Positions 53,685 through 64,000 of a DNA stretch of 64,000 nucleotides are shown piece after piece (position 1 is the first letter of the stretch; each line of letters starts with the position of its first letter). The notes under the pieces were generated by a model. The model was not told the origin of the DNA. It worked only from the letters and a program-made list of their open reading frames with translations, and did not search any database. The DNA lies in the NCBI GenBank assembly GCA_964016885.1, contig OZ024743.1, forward strand, positions 123,690,001 through 123,754,000, written 5' to 3'. The stretch comes from Eledone cirrhosa. Its lineage: Eukaryota. The position numbers were made by a program, and so were the translations under genes.

Positions 53685-55125
53685 TAAACGGAATAGAAAA
53701 TGCTGACAAATTGTTCACAGTGAAAAATAGTTTAATTAGGTGAGAATTAGTAATTGTTGGAGAACAATTACTTCGTTTTCAATAACAAACCCTACAGGCA
53801 GAAATCTGGGACCGCTATGGGAACGAAAACAGCCCCCACTTATGCCAACCTAGTCATGGGATACCTGGAAATCACCCTCTACACTAAAGTCCTAAACAAA
53901 TTTGGAAACACTCTCCACTTACACATAGAAAGGAACTGGAAGCGATATCTAGATGACTGCTTCATCCTTTGGCACGAAAACATCGAGAAACTTAAAGAAT
54001 TTCACACCCTTATAAATGGGCTCAACACGAATATTAACTTCACGATGGAATACAGCCATCAGCAACTCCCCTTCCTCGATATCCTCATTAAGATCCATAA
54101 CAAAAAAATAGAAACAGACATATACTACAAGCCCACAGACTCCAAGCAATATCTTCCTTTCAACCCTAGATCTTCTTGCCACCCTAGACACGTTAAAATT
54201 AATATTCCCTACAACTTAGCCAAGAGAATCTGTACTATAGTCTCCAATAAAAACACGTGCTACTTACGGCTACAAGAACTAAAGGACACACTCATAGGCA
54301 GGGACTACCCTGCATCACTAATTGACAATGGAATCCAACGTTCCCTAAAACTCAGTACCCAGGACCTTAGACACCCTAAAGTAAATCAACCGAAACTAAA
54401 AGCTCTTCCATACATCTCTACACACAACCCCCTCAACAATGAGGCCTTTGACACCATCCTCCAGAACATCCCTGTGTTGAAAAAGGACCATAGAATGAAC
54501 CAAATTCTACGAACACACGATATCATAAAAAGCAAAAGACAATCTAAGTCAATGAAAAACATCCTAACACATGCCAAAGTACTGCCAACCACAACAACGA
54601 AACCCACAGTAAAAAAATGCGATAGACCCAACTGTGGCATTTGCATCAACCTAATAGAGGGTTCGGAATTCTATTTCAAAGAAGGACAACGTTTTATAGT
54701 AAAACACAATTTCACATGTGCATTGGAAAATCTAATATATGTATTAACTTGCTCAGGTTGTCGAGAACAGTACATAGGCCAGACCAAAAACAGCCTCCGC
54801 CAACGCATGACTGTCCATAGATCCCAAATTAAAATACGGGAATACAGGAAAATACCACTGAGTGAACACATTGATACCTGTGCCGCCCAAAATCATCCCA
54901 ACTTCAGAATCTTTCCCCTCTACAAATTTAAAGATAATGGCACCCACACCCAACGCATCAGCAAGGAATATTACTTTATTAACAAATACGGACCCCGTCT
55001 AAAAACTTCTCCCTAAGACGAACCCACAACATACACACGTCAACATACATACCTACATCAGCACACATCTCTACCCACATATAAACACAATGACATACGT
55101 AAACACACATGTTCTATGGTGCAAC

Positions 55126-55192
<67 letters not shown>

Positions 55193-55329
55193 ATATATAT
55201 ATATATATATATAGTGAATATCATTTCACACCTTTTATTATTAAGGTTTTTGATGTTCTATTGAGAGAATCGATTTTACTGAAAATATCGAATAAAGTAC
55301 ACCATTTTACCAGGGGAAAAAATACTGGT

Positions 55330-55379
<50 letters not shown>

Positions 55380-55599
55380 AGACACACACACACATTCTCA
55401 CACACACACACACACATATATATACACACACACATACACACGCGTACATTAACATACAAAGAGACATATACACACACACACACACACACTTCTCCGTATA
55501 AGACAAGAGCTGAAAAATATCTTTTAACATGTTAAAATATCCCCCACTCACTTACAGACACATTCCTACTGACCATCCCTCTACCACGAATTACTCTGC

Positions 55600-55636
<37 letters not shown>

Positions 55637-55637
55637 T

Positions 55638-55699
<62 letters not shown>

Positions 55700-56192
55700 T
55701 CTTAATAGGCATTTGAACTGTCAACAGGCTGCGGTTCGCACACACATCCCTGCTAACCATTATCACAACAACGAACACTTTACTACTACTACACACACAC
55801 ACACACACACATATGTGTTGTGAAAGAGTCATTTCTCAGTCTTGGCGCAAAATCAATTTTTTACATTCACATGACCTCTACCGACCAATCAAAATTGTTT
55901 TGACCACAAGAATTTTTGCAACACGAATTGGCGCAAAACCTATTTTAATACCGCTGGAGCCAATTTTTTAACATAAAAACAGGTAGAATTCCCCAAACTA
56001 CTCAGATCAGAGCAAACATCACGGACGCTCTATCTCAAAATTATTTTTGAAAAGCATTTAGAAATGCGCAACCGGTAAAACTTAAAACCAAAACTGAATA
56101 CTAACCAATAAAATTACTAATTCTCACTTATTCCTAATTAAACTATTTTTCACTGTGAACAATTTGTCAGCATTTTCTATTCCGTTTACCAA
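53681..56192 (+). mobile_element. 5'-truncated Penelope-like retroelement (Neptune-like) with an inverted terminal repeat, in (TA)n
   Basis: 53681-53755 is the reverse complement of 56112-56192; contains an RT plus GIY-YIG ORF and a microsatellite-rich 3' UTR. Confidence 0.9.
53754..55016 (+). CDS. PLE reverse transcriptase (C-terminal part), Cys finger and GIY-YIG endonuclease; 5'-truncated
   Basis: QKSGTAMGTKTAPTYANLVMG, WKRYLDDCF, LPFLD, TDIYYKPT, CDRPNCGIC, NLIYVLTC..YIGQT; uninterrupted 420 aa. Confidence 0.92.
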   Translation: MLENNYFVFNNKPYRQKSGTAMGTKTAPTYANLVMGYLEITLYTKVLNKFGNTLHLHIERNWKRYLDDCFILWHENIEKLKEFHTLINGLNTNINFTMEYSHQQLPFLDILIKIHNKKIETDIYYKPTDSKQYLPFNPRSSCHPRHVKINIPYNLAKRICTIVSNKNTCYLRLQELKDTLIGRDYPASLIDNGIQRSLKLSTQDLRHPKVNQPKLKALPYISTHNPLNNEAFDTILQNIPVLKKDHRMNQILRTHDIIKSKRQSKSMKNILTHAKVLPTTTTKPTVKKCDRPNCGICINLIEGSEFYFKEGQRFIVKHNFTCALENLIYVLTCSGCREQYIGQTKNSLRQRMTVHRSQIKIREYRKIPLSEHIDTCAAQNHPNFRIFPLYKFKDNGTHTQRISKEYYFINKYGPRLKTSP

Positions 56193-56225
56193 TATATAAT
56201 AACTTGTGTGTTACACCTATTCTTT

Positions 56226-56368
<143 letters not shown>

Positions 56369-56373
56369 CACCA

Positions 56374-56514
56374 TAGTTACGTCCCTTTACGGTCTGAGTT
56401 CAAATCCCGTTCAAATCAAGTTAACTTTGCCTTTCATCCTTACGGGATCGATAAAATAAAGTACCAGTAATGTACTGGTTAGTTGCTGGCCTTGTGCCAA
56501 AAGTAGAAACAATT
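56374..56514 (+). mobile_element. SINE, 5'-truncated
   Basis: Match to the SINE consensus. Confidence 0.8.
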
Positions 56515-57104
56515 ATATATATATATAATATATATATACATCCCAAGATAGGAATAAGTTGTCAATGAGTTTATGTGGATCCCAAGGGCAAATGAAGGTG
56601 ATTATAAAACATTTAATATCTCAAATATATCCCACCTTAATTGTCAACTATAATAGCAATATATAGCCGGGCAAGTGAAATCCATATCCCAAATAAACAT
56701 CTATCGCTTGATTAGATACACCGATGAAAAAATAATTCGTGTGTAAATATGCACGACTATAATTTAAATTTAATTGATTCATAAAGTAATTTATTGTATA
56801 AATAACTCAATATTAGTCTAATCACTATTACCTCACTTCGAATACTGCTACTACTCTATGTTTATATGAATTAAACAGATACTGTACTAGGTTTGATATA
56901 ATACACGGCAGCGTATCCGTTTCAGACGTTTATATGTGAAATGCAGGGTTATTTAATCATTCTAAAACATTCAAAATCTTTCTTTGTTGAGTATAGTGAG
57001 ATTGGGGACATTTATTGATTATCTTTAGATAAATGGCAGTCGCTGGTGATCTCCAAAACAAGAGTGAAACGAAGAATTTGTCATTCAGTTTAAAAGCATA
57101 GTAT

Positions 57105-57488
57105 TGATAAAGCCAGTAATTATTCCAGTGTATTGCTAGTATTTTATTTTATTGACCCCATAAGGAAGAAAAGCAAAATTGAGCTCGGCGGGATTTGAAC
57201 TCAGAACGTAAGGTGCCATAACTCTATGTTACAAATCATGGCGTCCAACCTCCTACCAATACTGCCAATAATAATAATAATAATGGTTTCTTATATAGGT
57301 ACAAGGCCAGCAGTTTTGGGGAGGAGGAAGTCTAGTAAATCGAGCCCAGTGCTTGACTAGTACTTTATGTTATCAACCCCGTAAGGATGAAAGGCAAAGT
57401 TAACCTCGGCGGGATTTGAACTCAGATCATAAAGGGCCGTAACTCTATGCTGCAAAGCATGGCGTCCGTCCCTCTACCGATACTGCCG
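57105..57488 (-). mobile_element. Two tandem SINEs joined by (TAA)n
   Basis: Match to the SINE consensus. Confidence 0.85.
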
Positions 57489-57514
57489 ATAATAATAATA
57501 ATCATAATAACAAA

Positions 57515-57975
57515 TACAGTCATGGAAAAGGGCAGCATATCCATCTTGTGGGATATGCCTGTGATAATTAACTAAGAAATCGCTGCCAACATACCAGATA
57601 TCACCATAAAAAAACAAAACAGATCGGACATGTAGCCTTATAAATATTTCCGTACCAGCTGATAAGTATATATCTATAAAAACAATGGAATAACTGTCAA
57701 AATACAAAGACCGAGAAATAGAGTTCAACCGTATGTGGAGGATGACCACAAACATTATCCCTGTGGTAATAGGAGCATTAGGATTAATACCCAAATCATC
57801 AGACCTGCACTTTAGCGTCCTTCCCTGCAAGATCAGTAAATATGAGCTACAGAAGATCAGGCTACTAGGAACAGCACCCATTCTCTCTCTGCAATGAAAA
57901 CCTCTTTTGCCGTAGGTTCAAGGCCTGAACCCGATAATAGAGAAACAGAACTGAGCTCAATGATATAACAGAACA
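57515..57975 (+). pseudogene. 3' relic of an R4/Dong-like RLE non-LTR retrotransposon
   Basis: Frameshifted ILWDMPV..IAANIPDI..ISVPAD..KYKDREIEFNRMW..IPVVIGALG, matching the PD-D-xK RLE domain; flanked by TAA/CAA repeats. Confidence 0.7.
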
Positions 57976-57999
57976 ATAACAACAAAAATGTTTTTTTTA

Positions 58000-58210
58000 T
58001 ATTGGTACAAGGCCAGCAATTTTGGGGGAGAGGAAAGTCGATTAAATCGACTCCAGTGCATGACTGGTACTTTATTTTATCGACCCCCCCGTGAGGATGA
58101 AAGGCAAAGTTAACCTCGGCGGGATTTGAACTCATATCATAAAGGCCCCTAACTCTTTGCTACAAAGCATGGCGTCAGACCCTCCACTGATACTGCCAAT
58201 CCACCGCCCT
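58000..58210 (-). mobile_element. SINE
   Basis: Match to the SINE consensus. Confidence 0.85.
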
Positions 58211-58499
58211 CAACAATAACAACAATAATAATATTATTATCATTCGTCACAAAGGGTTTACAGTCAGAAAGCATCAGGACGACACAGGATGAAAACGGAC
58301 TGTATGTGTGTGTCGGTGTGTAGGTGTGTGTCTAAATAGGCTTAAAAATGGTAAAAATCAAGGTAACAATAAACAATTTTATCAATGGGAATTCCTCAAT
58401 AGGGTGGAGATGGAAAGAAAACCCACTAAACAACGGGTGCTCTGATCTCTAGGGCAAGTGCCCTGTCCCAGTTGTCCTCCATCAATCAGAGCAGGTCCA

Positions 58500-58780
58500 T
58501 TCAATCTTGTGCAACTGGTGAACTATTTTATACCTTTGCGATCAATGTGGTCGCAAGATCGGCTATTATATTACCATGCTTAATAATCTCAGCTGGTATA
58601 TCATCAATTCCTGGAGTCTTTTCTGATTTGATATGTTTAACAGTAGCTTTTACTTCCTCCATGTTAAGATCATAACCCATTTCTTCAATAATATCGTATT
58701 GAAGAAGGTTTTCTCTAACATTCTCATCTATTGTAAATGGATTATAAAAAAGATCTGTGTAGTGCTGTGCCTGGGTATTT
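58500..58780 (-). pseudogene. LINE RT N-terminal fragment
   Basis: EEVKATVKHIKSEKTPGIDDIPAEIIK (KxPGxDxI motif). Confidence 0.6.
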
Positions 58781-58806
58781 GAGAATATTCTATAATATCT
58801 GATAAT

Positions 58807-58991
58807 TGTTTCTACTTTAGACACAAGGCCAGCAATTACCCAGTGCATTACTGGAACTTTATTTTATCGACCCCCGTAAGGATAGAAGGCAAATTAACCT
58901 CGGCGGGATTTGAACTCAGATCGTAAAGGGACGTAACTATGCTGGAAAGCATGGCGTCTGACCCTCTACCGATACTGCCAATCCACCATCC
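58807..58991 (-). mobile_element. Young full-length SINE with an 18-bp TSD
   Basis: TSD tctataatatctgataat at 58789-58806 and 58992-59009. Confidence 0.9.
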
Positions 58992-59505
58992 TCTATAATA
59001 TCTGATAATATTTGGTATTAATGTTTTTCTAACAACCAGTTTCTACTTAACTCGTACATCGAACACACATTCAAAGATAACGAAAGATAACGAATATTAT
59101 ATTCTTTTAAAGTACCAGTAATGTACTGGGTAATTGCTGGCCTTGTGCCTAAAGTAGAAACAATTATATTCTTTTATTATGACCAAGTCAAAAATATTAC
59201 CGTTTCCATTGTGGGTGCATCCTAGAGATTTCATTTTTAAGTTTCTAGTGTTGTTTATTTGGACCACATATTGCAATTACAACCTACCCCGGCATTAAGA
59301 TCACCAAACATAATATTTTAGTCAATAATCAACGCAGAGAATGATATTTCTAAGGCTCTCATAGAGAAAGGATACTGATTCTTCCGTTGAGTGCATAAAC
59401 AGAGAAGGAAATCACATGACGTTTGTAAGACAACAGTAATCGAAATTAAAGAATTTGGTCACTCACATTGGATGGCAACTCAACCAGCTTGGTTCTTCTT
59501 AAATA

Positions 59506-59831
59506 CAGTGGAACCTTGGTTCACAAACAAATCGGTTCACGAATAATTTTTCCGAGCATAAAACGTTTCGGTTCATGAAAGGTGTCTCCAGTAACGAATA
59601 CACAAGCCGGCAATAACGGTTGGCAACAAGCTTGGCGTATCGGTGAGAAAGCGTCGCTTGCTCTGTAGTTAGTTATTATGGTAATATCTATCTGCCTTTC
59701 AGGCACAGTCACTCTCTCACTGTATTTCCTTCTCAACATATCGTATGAAAAAAATAGTTTTGGCTTACGAACATTTCAGGTGACGAACGGCCTTCAGGAA
59801 CGAATTAAGTTCGTGAACCAAGGTTCCACTA
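59506..59831. mobile_element. pogo/Tigger-like MITE
   Basis: TIRs CAGTGGAACCTTGGTTCAC and GTGAACCAAGGTTCCACT(a); TA TSD. Confidence 0.85.
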
Positions 59832-59856
59832 TACAAAGTTTGTATTATATATAGAT

Positions 59857-61200
59857 ACTAGCAGTGGTACCCGGCGTTGCACGGGATAAGGTATTTTGGA
59901 ACGCGGGCCGCCAACACCTAATCGTGACAAAACTGCATGCCTCGACAATATGTAAAGAAAATAAACCGAATACTCTGATGGCTGGATAATCTTTAATATT
60001 TTCCTCGATGAAGCAGGCATAATGCAGATTTTCATCAAGAAGATTGACATCAAGAAAATGATTTTTTTTTAATGTGCATAATATGCCTTGAAATTTCGGG
60101 AAAATCGGCTAGATGTAGCGCCTAAAAATAGCCCTAAAAAGCTGAAAAAATTAAGTTTTTCACTTAATGCGGGCCTTCGGCCATAAAAAAAGTTGGATTT
60201 TCGTTGTTCAGGGTATGAAGAAGAGACTGACTAATACAAAGTTAAAATTTCAAGGAAATTGGTCTGACGTAATGCCTCAAAATACCCCTAAAAAGCTGAA
60301 AAAACATAGCTTTTCACCTAATGCGAGCCCTAGGGGGATCAAAAAGTTTAATTTTTTATGTGCATAACACTCCCTGAGTAACTTTTGTTCTCGTAAAGGC
60401 ACATAAGTAAGCAACACTGTGAAAACTGAAGCTATTATAACGATGTTTTTCTTTACCGGCTTTAATTTTTAGTGTTGTGTGAAATATATAACCTGCAAAC
60501 CTGATTTTTGAATCGCAGCAGGATCGACTTTATTTCACTCGCTCCACTAAAAGTTGTGTTTTCTTTGCTCAAGGTATGAAGAAGAGACTGACTAATACAT
60601 AGTTACCGGCTTTCATTTTTAGTGTTGTGTGAAATATATAACCGCCTTAACTAAGCTTAGTGTTGCCACAACCACAGCTGTCAAAGCAGTAAGGGTCTGG
60701 TGGTAAGTAAGTAAGCAACACTGTGGCTTAAAACATGAGGAAGAATGTGTGTGCACTTACCAACTGTTTGGGAATGAGTGTGAGATTTGTCTTGAGCAAG
60801 GGTGGCAGAATAACCGGAGGCAGCAGACAGCCAGTCATACAGACAGATATTATAAGGGCGCCTTCTGGACGCAGACGGAATTGTGGGAAGTGACGTAATG
60901 AAGACAGCCAGACACACAGACAGATATTATAAGGGCGCGACGTTATATGTATGTATCTATCTAAAAAGAGAAAGACTAAGAATTATAGAGAGAGATCGCT
61001 AAATCGCCTAATGCGGTCCCTAGAGCATTGAAAATTTGAAATTTCTTTGCTCAGAACACTACCTGAAACATAAGTATTACATGTGTAAAGTTTGAAAACA
61101 GTCGGTTGGGTGCTTCTCGAGTTTTAGGGATTCAAACACACATGTGTGTGTGACAGAGAAAGATAGAGAGAGATAAAAATTTTAGTTAAGACTAATATGA
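59857..61200 (-). mobile_element. Non-autonomous Helitron (family of 25661-26279)
   Basis: ACTAGCAGTGGTACCCGGCGTTGCACGGG is the 3' CTAG plus hairpin on minus; internal duplications; 5' boundary approximate. Confidence 0.7.
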
Positions 61201-61263
61201 CCATTATTCAACTTAATATTCCATACTTCAGGGTAGCAGAGTGAGGATATATATTATTGAGAG

Positions 61264-61264
<1 letters not shown>

Positions 61265-61297
<33 letters not shown>

Positions 61298-61305
61298 ATA
61301 GATAA

Positions 61306-61372
<67 letters not shown>
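61265..61372. repeat. (TAGA)n microsatellite
   Basis: Directly visible. Confidence 0.95.
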
Positions 61373-64000
61373 TGTTTCTTTTATTTGCCACCAGGGCATC
61401 AAAAGTGGGACAAGTACAAAGGGGGGAGTTTACAAAACAAGGCGTCCTCAATAAGGAGGAGGCAATAACAAAATATAAAAATAAAATAAAATATAACAAT
61501 AAAATATATAACAAAATCCTCAATAGAGAGGAGGCGCCTTGGGGGGTCGCACACACCCCCGAAAAAAGTGTGCAACCCTTTTCTCAGGAGCACGGAGAAG
61601 GGGTGCTCCCTTGGTCTTTCATCTTCCTCACCTATAGTCTGATGTAGAGTGAAGGCCCATTCACACGGGCCATTCTCGCCACTTTCACCCATCTTTCATA
61701 AAAACGGCTGGGGTGCCTCTCTCTCCATCCTGATCCTTCTTCCGAAATAATATCGGAAGAAACGGACCAGTTGTTGACCAGAGAGAAAGGTGTCTGAGCT
61801 CAGTCCTTTCAGACGCGTCCACCATACAACCTCTTTCGCCATGGCTATTACGCACAGAAATACCGCCTCTCCTTCGGTTTTGAAGAGGGGAGGCGGCTTG
61901 ATCGTTACAATAGACTCGGTGGTCAACCGGATCGGTCCCACCCTTGACAGCAGTTGTTCGACATAGCCCCACAGATCAGCAATGCCCGAGCAGTGTACCA
62001 ATGCGTGTGCAACGGTTTCCTCGTCGCACACGCATCTGGGACAGATCTTTTTCGAGGGGTCCCTACCCGGGCACCCGTGTCTGTAGAGCCTTTCTCGAAC
62101 GGGCAGAGCCCTTCTGTAGCACTGCCAGGCCAGGGAACTCTGGAAGTTATCCATGGGTCCCGGGCTGAATGTCCTACCGAACAGGTTGGCCAGTTCGTCT
62201 TCCTCCATGCCTATGGCTTCTCTGAGGGCGTCGTCGCACCTGCTAACCACCAGCCCTCTATAGAATGACGAGGTGGATTCTCCACTGACAGTCGGGTCCG
62301 CCTGCCAGAGGGCCGTGAGCGCCTGGGCACACTCGGTGTGCCAGGCGCCCAGTTTTCTCGGTCTTTGCTTGACCCAGGATTGCAGCTTGGTGAGTGAGAC
62401 GAGTCTGGGAAAGGCTCGCCTCACAAACGGGGCCCACACCGGTTGACCGGAGAGGAATACCTGGAGGTGCCGTAGCCTTAATGCGTGTTTACGTATCATT
62501 AGCCACGGCATTGCCAGCCCTCCTTTCGAAGGGTGTTGACAGCAGATGGATCTCCTCACCATAGGAGCCCGCTTCTTCCAAAGGAATTGGAAGAGTGCGC
62601 GCTCCATTTTGGCGAGCGTTTCCCTTGGGTAAGGCACAACGGTCAGGCGGTACTAGATGACGGACGCTATATAAGTGTTTGCCACCTCCGCCCGACCTTT
62701 CAGAGACAGTTTGCACTCGGCCCACTTCTGGGTCAGTGCAAACACCCTGTTCGTTACCTCACCCCAGTTCTTCTCCACCTGGAGGTCTGGTCCGAACCAG
62801 ACCCCGAGCAACTTCACCAGGCCCTCCGTCCAGCGCCCGACGACGCCATCGGAGGGCATCGATGTTCCCCTCCACGTGCCGAGTTGCAGATCGATCAACT
62901 TGTCCCGGTTCAGCTTAGCCCCTGTAAACCTTTCGTACTCCTCAAGTAAGGTGCCGATCGCCCCGATTTCCGAGGCCGTAGACACCATTACTGTTACGTC
63001 GTCGGCGTAGGCCGACACCGCTTTCCGCAATCCCGACTCCAACTTCCGCAGCAGTGGCTCTAGAGTCATTACATATAGAAGGGAGGAGAGAGGGCACCCC
63101 TGTCGGATGGACCGCGCGATTTCGAACGGCTCCGAGAAGTAGCCGTTCACCTTGACCCTAGAGCAGATGCGGCTGCTGTGCATGGCATTGATCCAGCCCC
63201 TGAAAACGGGTCCGAAGCCTTCCGCCGCTAGCACCGCATCCAGGTAACCATGGTCGACCCTATCGAATGTCTTAGATTGATCCAAGTTGATCAGGGCCCC
63301 ACCAAAGCCGGGTTCGTTCCCAACCCTCTCTATGATGTATCGCATGAGGTGGAGGTTGTCGTGGATGGACCTGGACGGGATAGCACATGTCTGCGCATCT
63401 CCCACCAGGTTGCCCACGACAAGCGCCAACCTCTTTGCTAGCACCTTGGCCAAAATCTGTAACTCTGTATTTAGCAGAGTTATAGGCCTGAAATTATTTA
63501 TATCGTCCCCCTTGTTCTCGTCCTTCCTCACTAGCGTGTCTACGCCCTTGGTCACAGCACAGGGAATTCTCCCGTTCTGTTGCCAGTTGCAGTAGACCGC
63601 CTCGAGGAGATCGGGGAACAAGTCCGGCATAGCTAGATATAGTTCGTATGGAAGACCATCGAGACCCGGGGATTTGCGTTTTCCGCATTGGCTCAGAACG
63701 TCCTCTATCTCAGCGGCTGAAATCGGCTCCTCGCAGGACTTCGCCTCCCTGTCCGAGAGACGCGGCAGGCATTCGAGGTATGGACCGAAGTCCACATCCC
63801 CAACCGGCTCCCCGCCCCTTCCGAACAATCCGGCAAAGTCCTTTTGAAAAGCCTCGCACATCTGCTTAGGTTCAAGGATCACCCGTCCATCCTAGTCTCG
63901 CAAAGACCGGATAGTGGATCTGCTCCCTCTTTTGGCTTCTGTCACGCGGGCCCAGCTAACAGCTTTGGTCCCCTCGTTTCCCAGAGCACGTATTTTGCTT
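61373..64000 (-). mobile_element. Tx1/L1-clade LINE, 3' part; runs off the window
   Basis: RT and zf-RVT coding region, 3' UTR with AATAAA abutting (TCTA)n. Confidence 0.9.
61696..63882 (-). pseudogene. LINE ORF2 (RT plus C-terminal Cys finger) broken by an in-frame stop at 62653-62655
   Basis: KSPGLDG, FRPITLLN, LDQSKTFDRV, RQGCPLS, YADD, CPRC..ETVAHALVHC; the two track ORFs share one frame. Confidence 0.9.

Noticed and set aside
56715-56775. CCGATGA plus hairpin as a further HHR
   Set aside because: Core is mutated and no GAAA, helix III or helix I can be identified

Overview
Repeat-dominated, AT-rich eukaryotic genomic DNA, most likely intergenic or intronic sequence from an octopus-like cephalopod (inferred from the SINE family and microsatellite load, not proven). 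No host protein-coding gene is supportable, and most ORFs in the track are microsatellite artefacts. Recognisable content: about 25 copies of a tRNA-derived SINE; a Penelope-like element (PLE) with RT and GIY-YIG domains (53681-56192) plus a second PLE fragment; a Tx1/L1-type LINE (61373-64000, minus); RTE-, R4- and CRE-like LINE relics; an internally deleted Helitron and several non-autonomous Helitrons; hAT, Merlin-like, pogo and mariner MITEs; and a 3.8 kb CAT/CAC satellite. The standout signal is about 15 type I hammerhead ribozyme (HHR) motifs with intact CTGAnGA/GAAA/TH cores, plus several variants, from roughly 9-10 distinct sequence families. They lie in short non-coding elements at (TA)n tracts arranged as long fold-back palindromes, tandem repeats or circularly permuted repeats, i.e. 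a dense population of PLE-derived, retrozyme-like elements. Coordinates were read by eye and may be off by a few bases.
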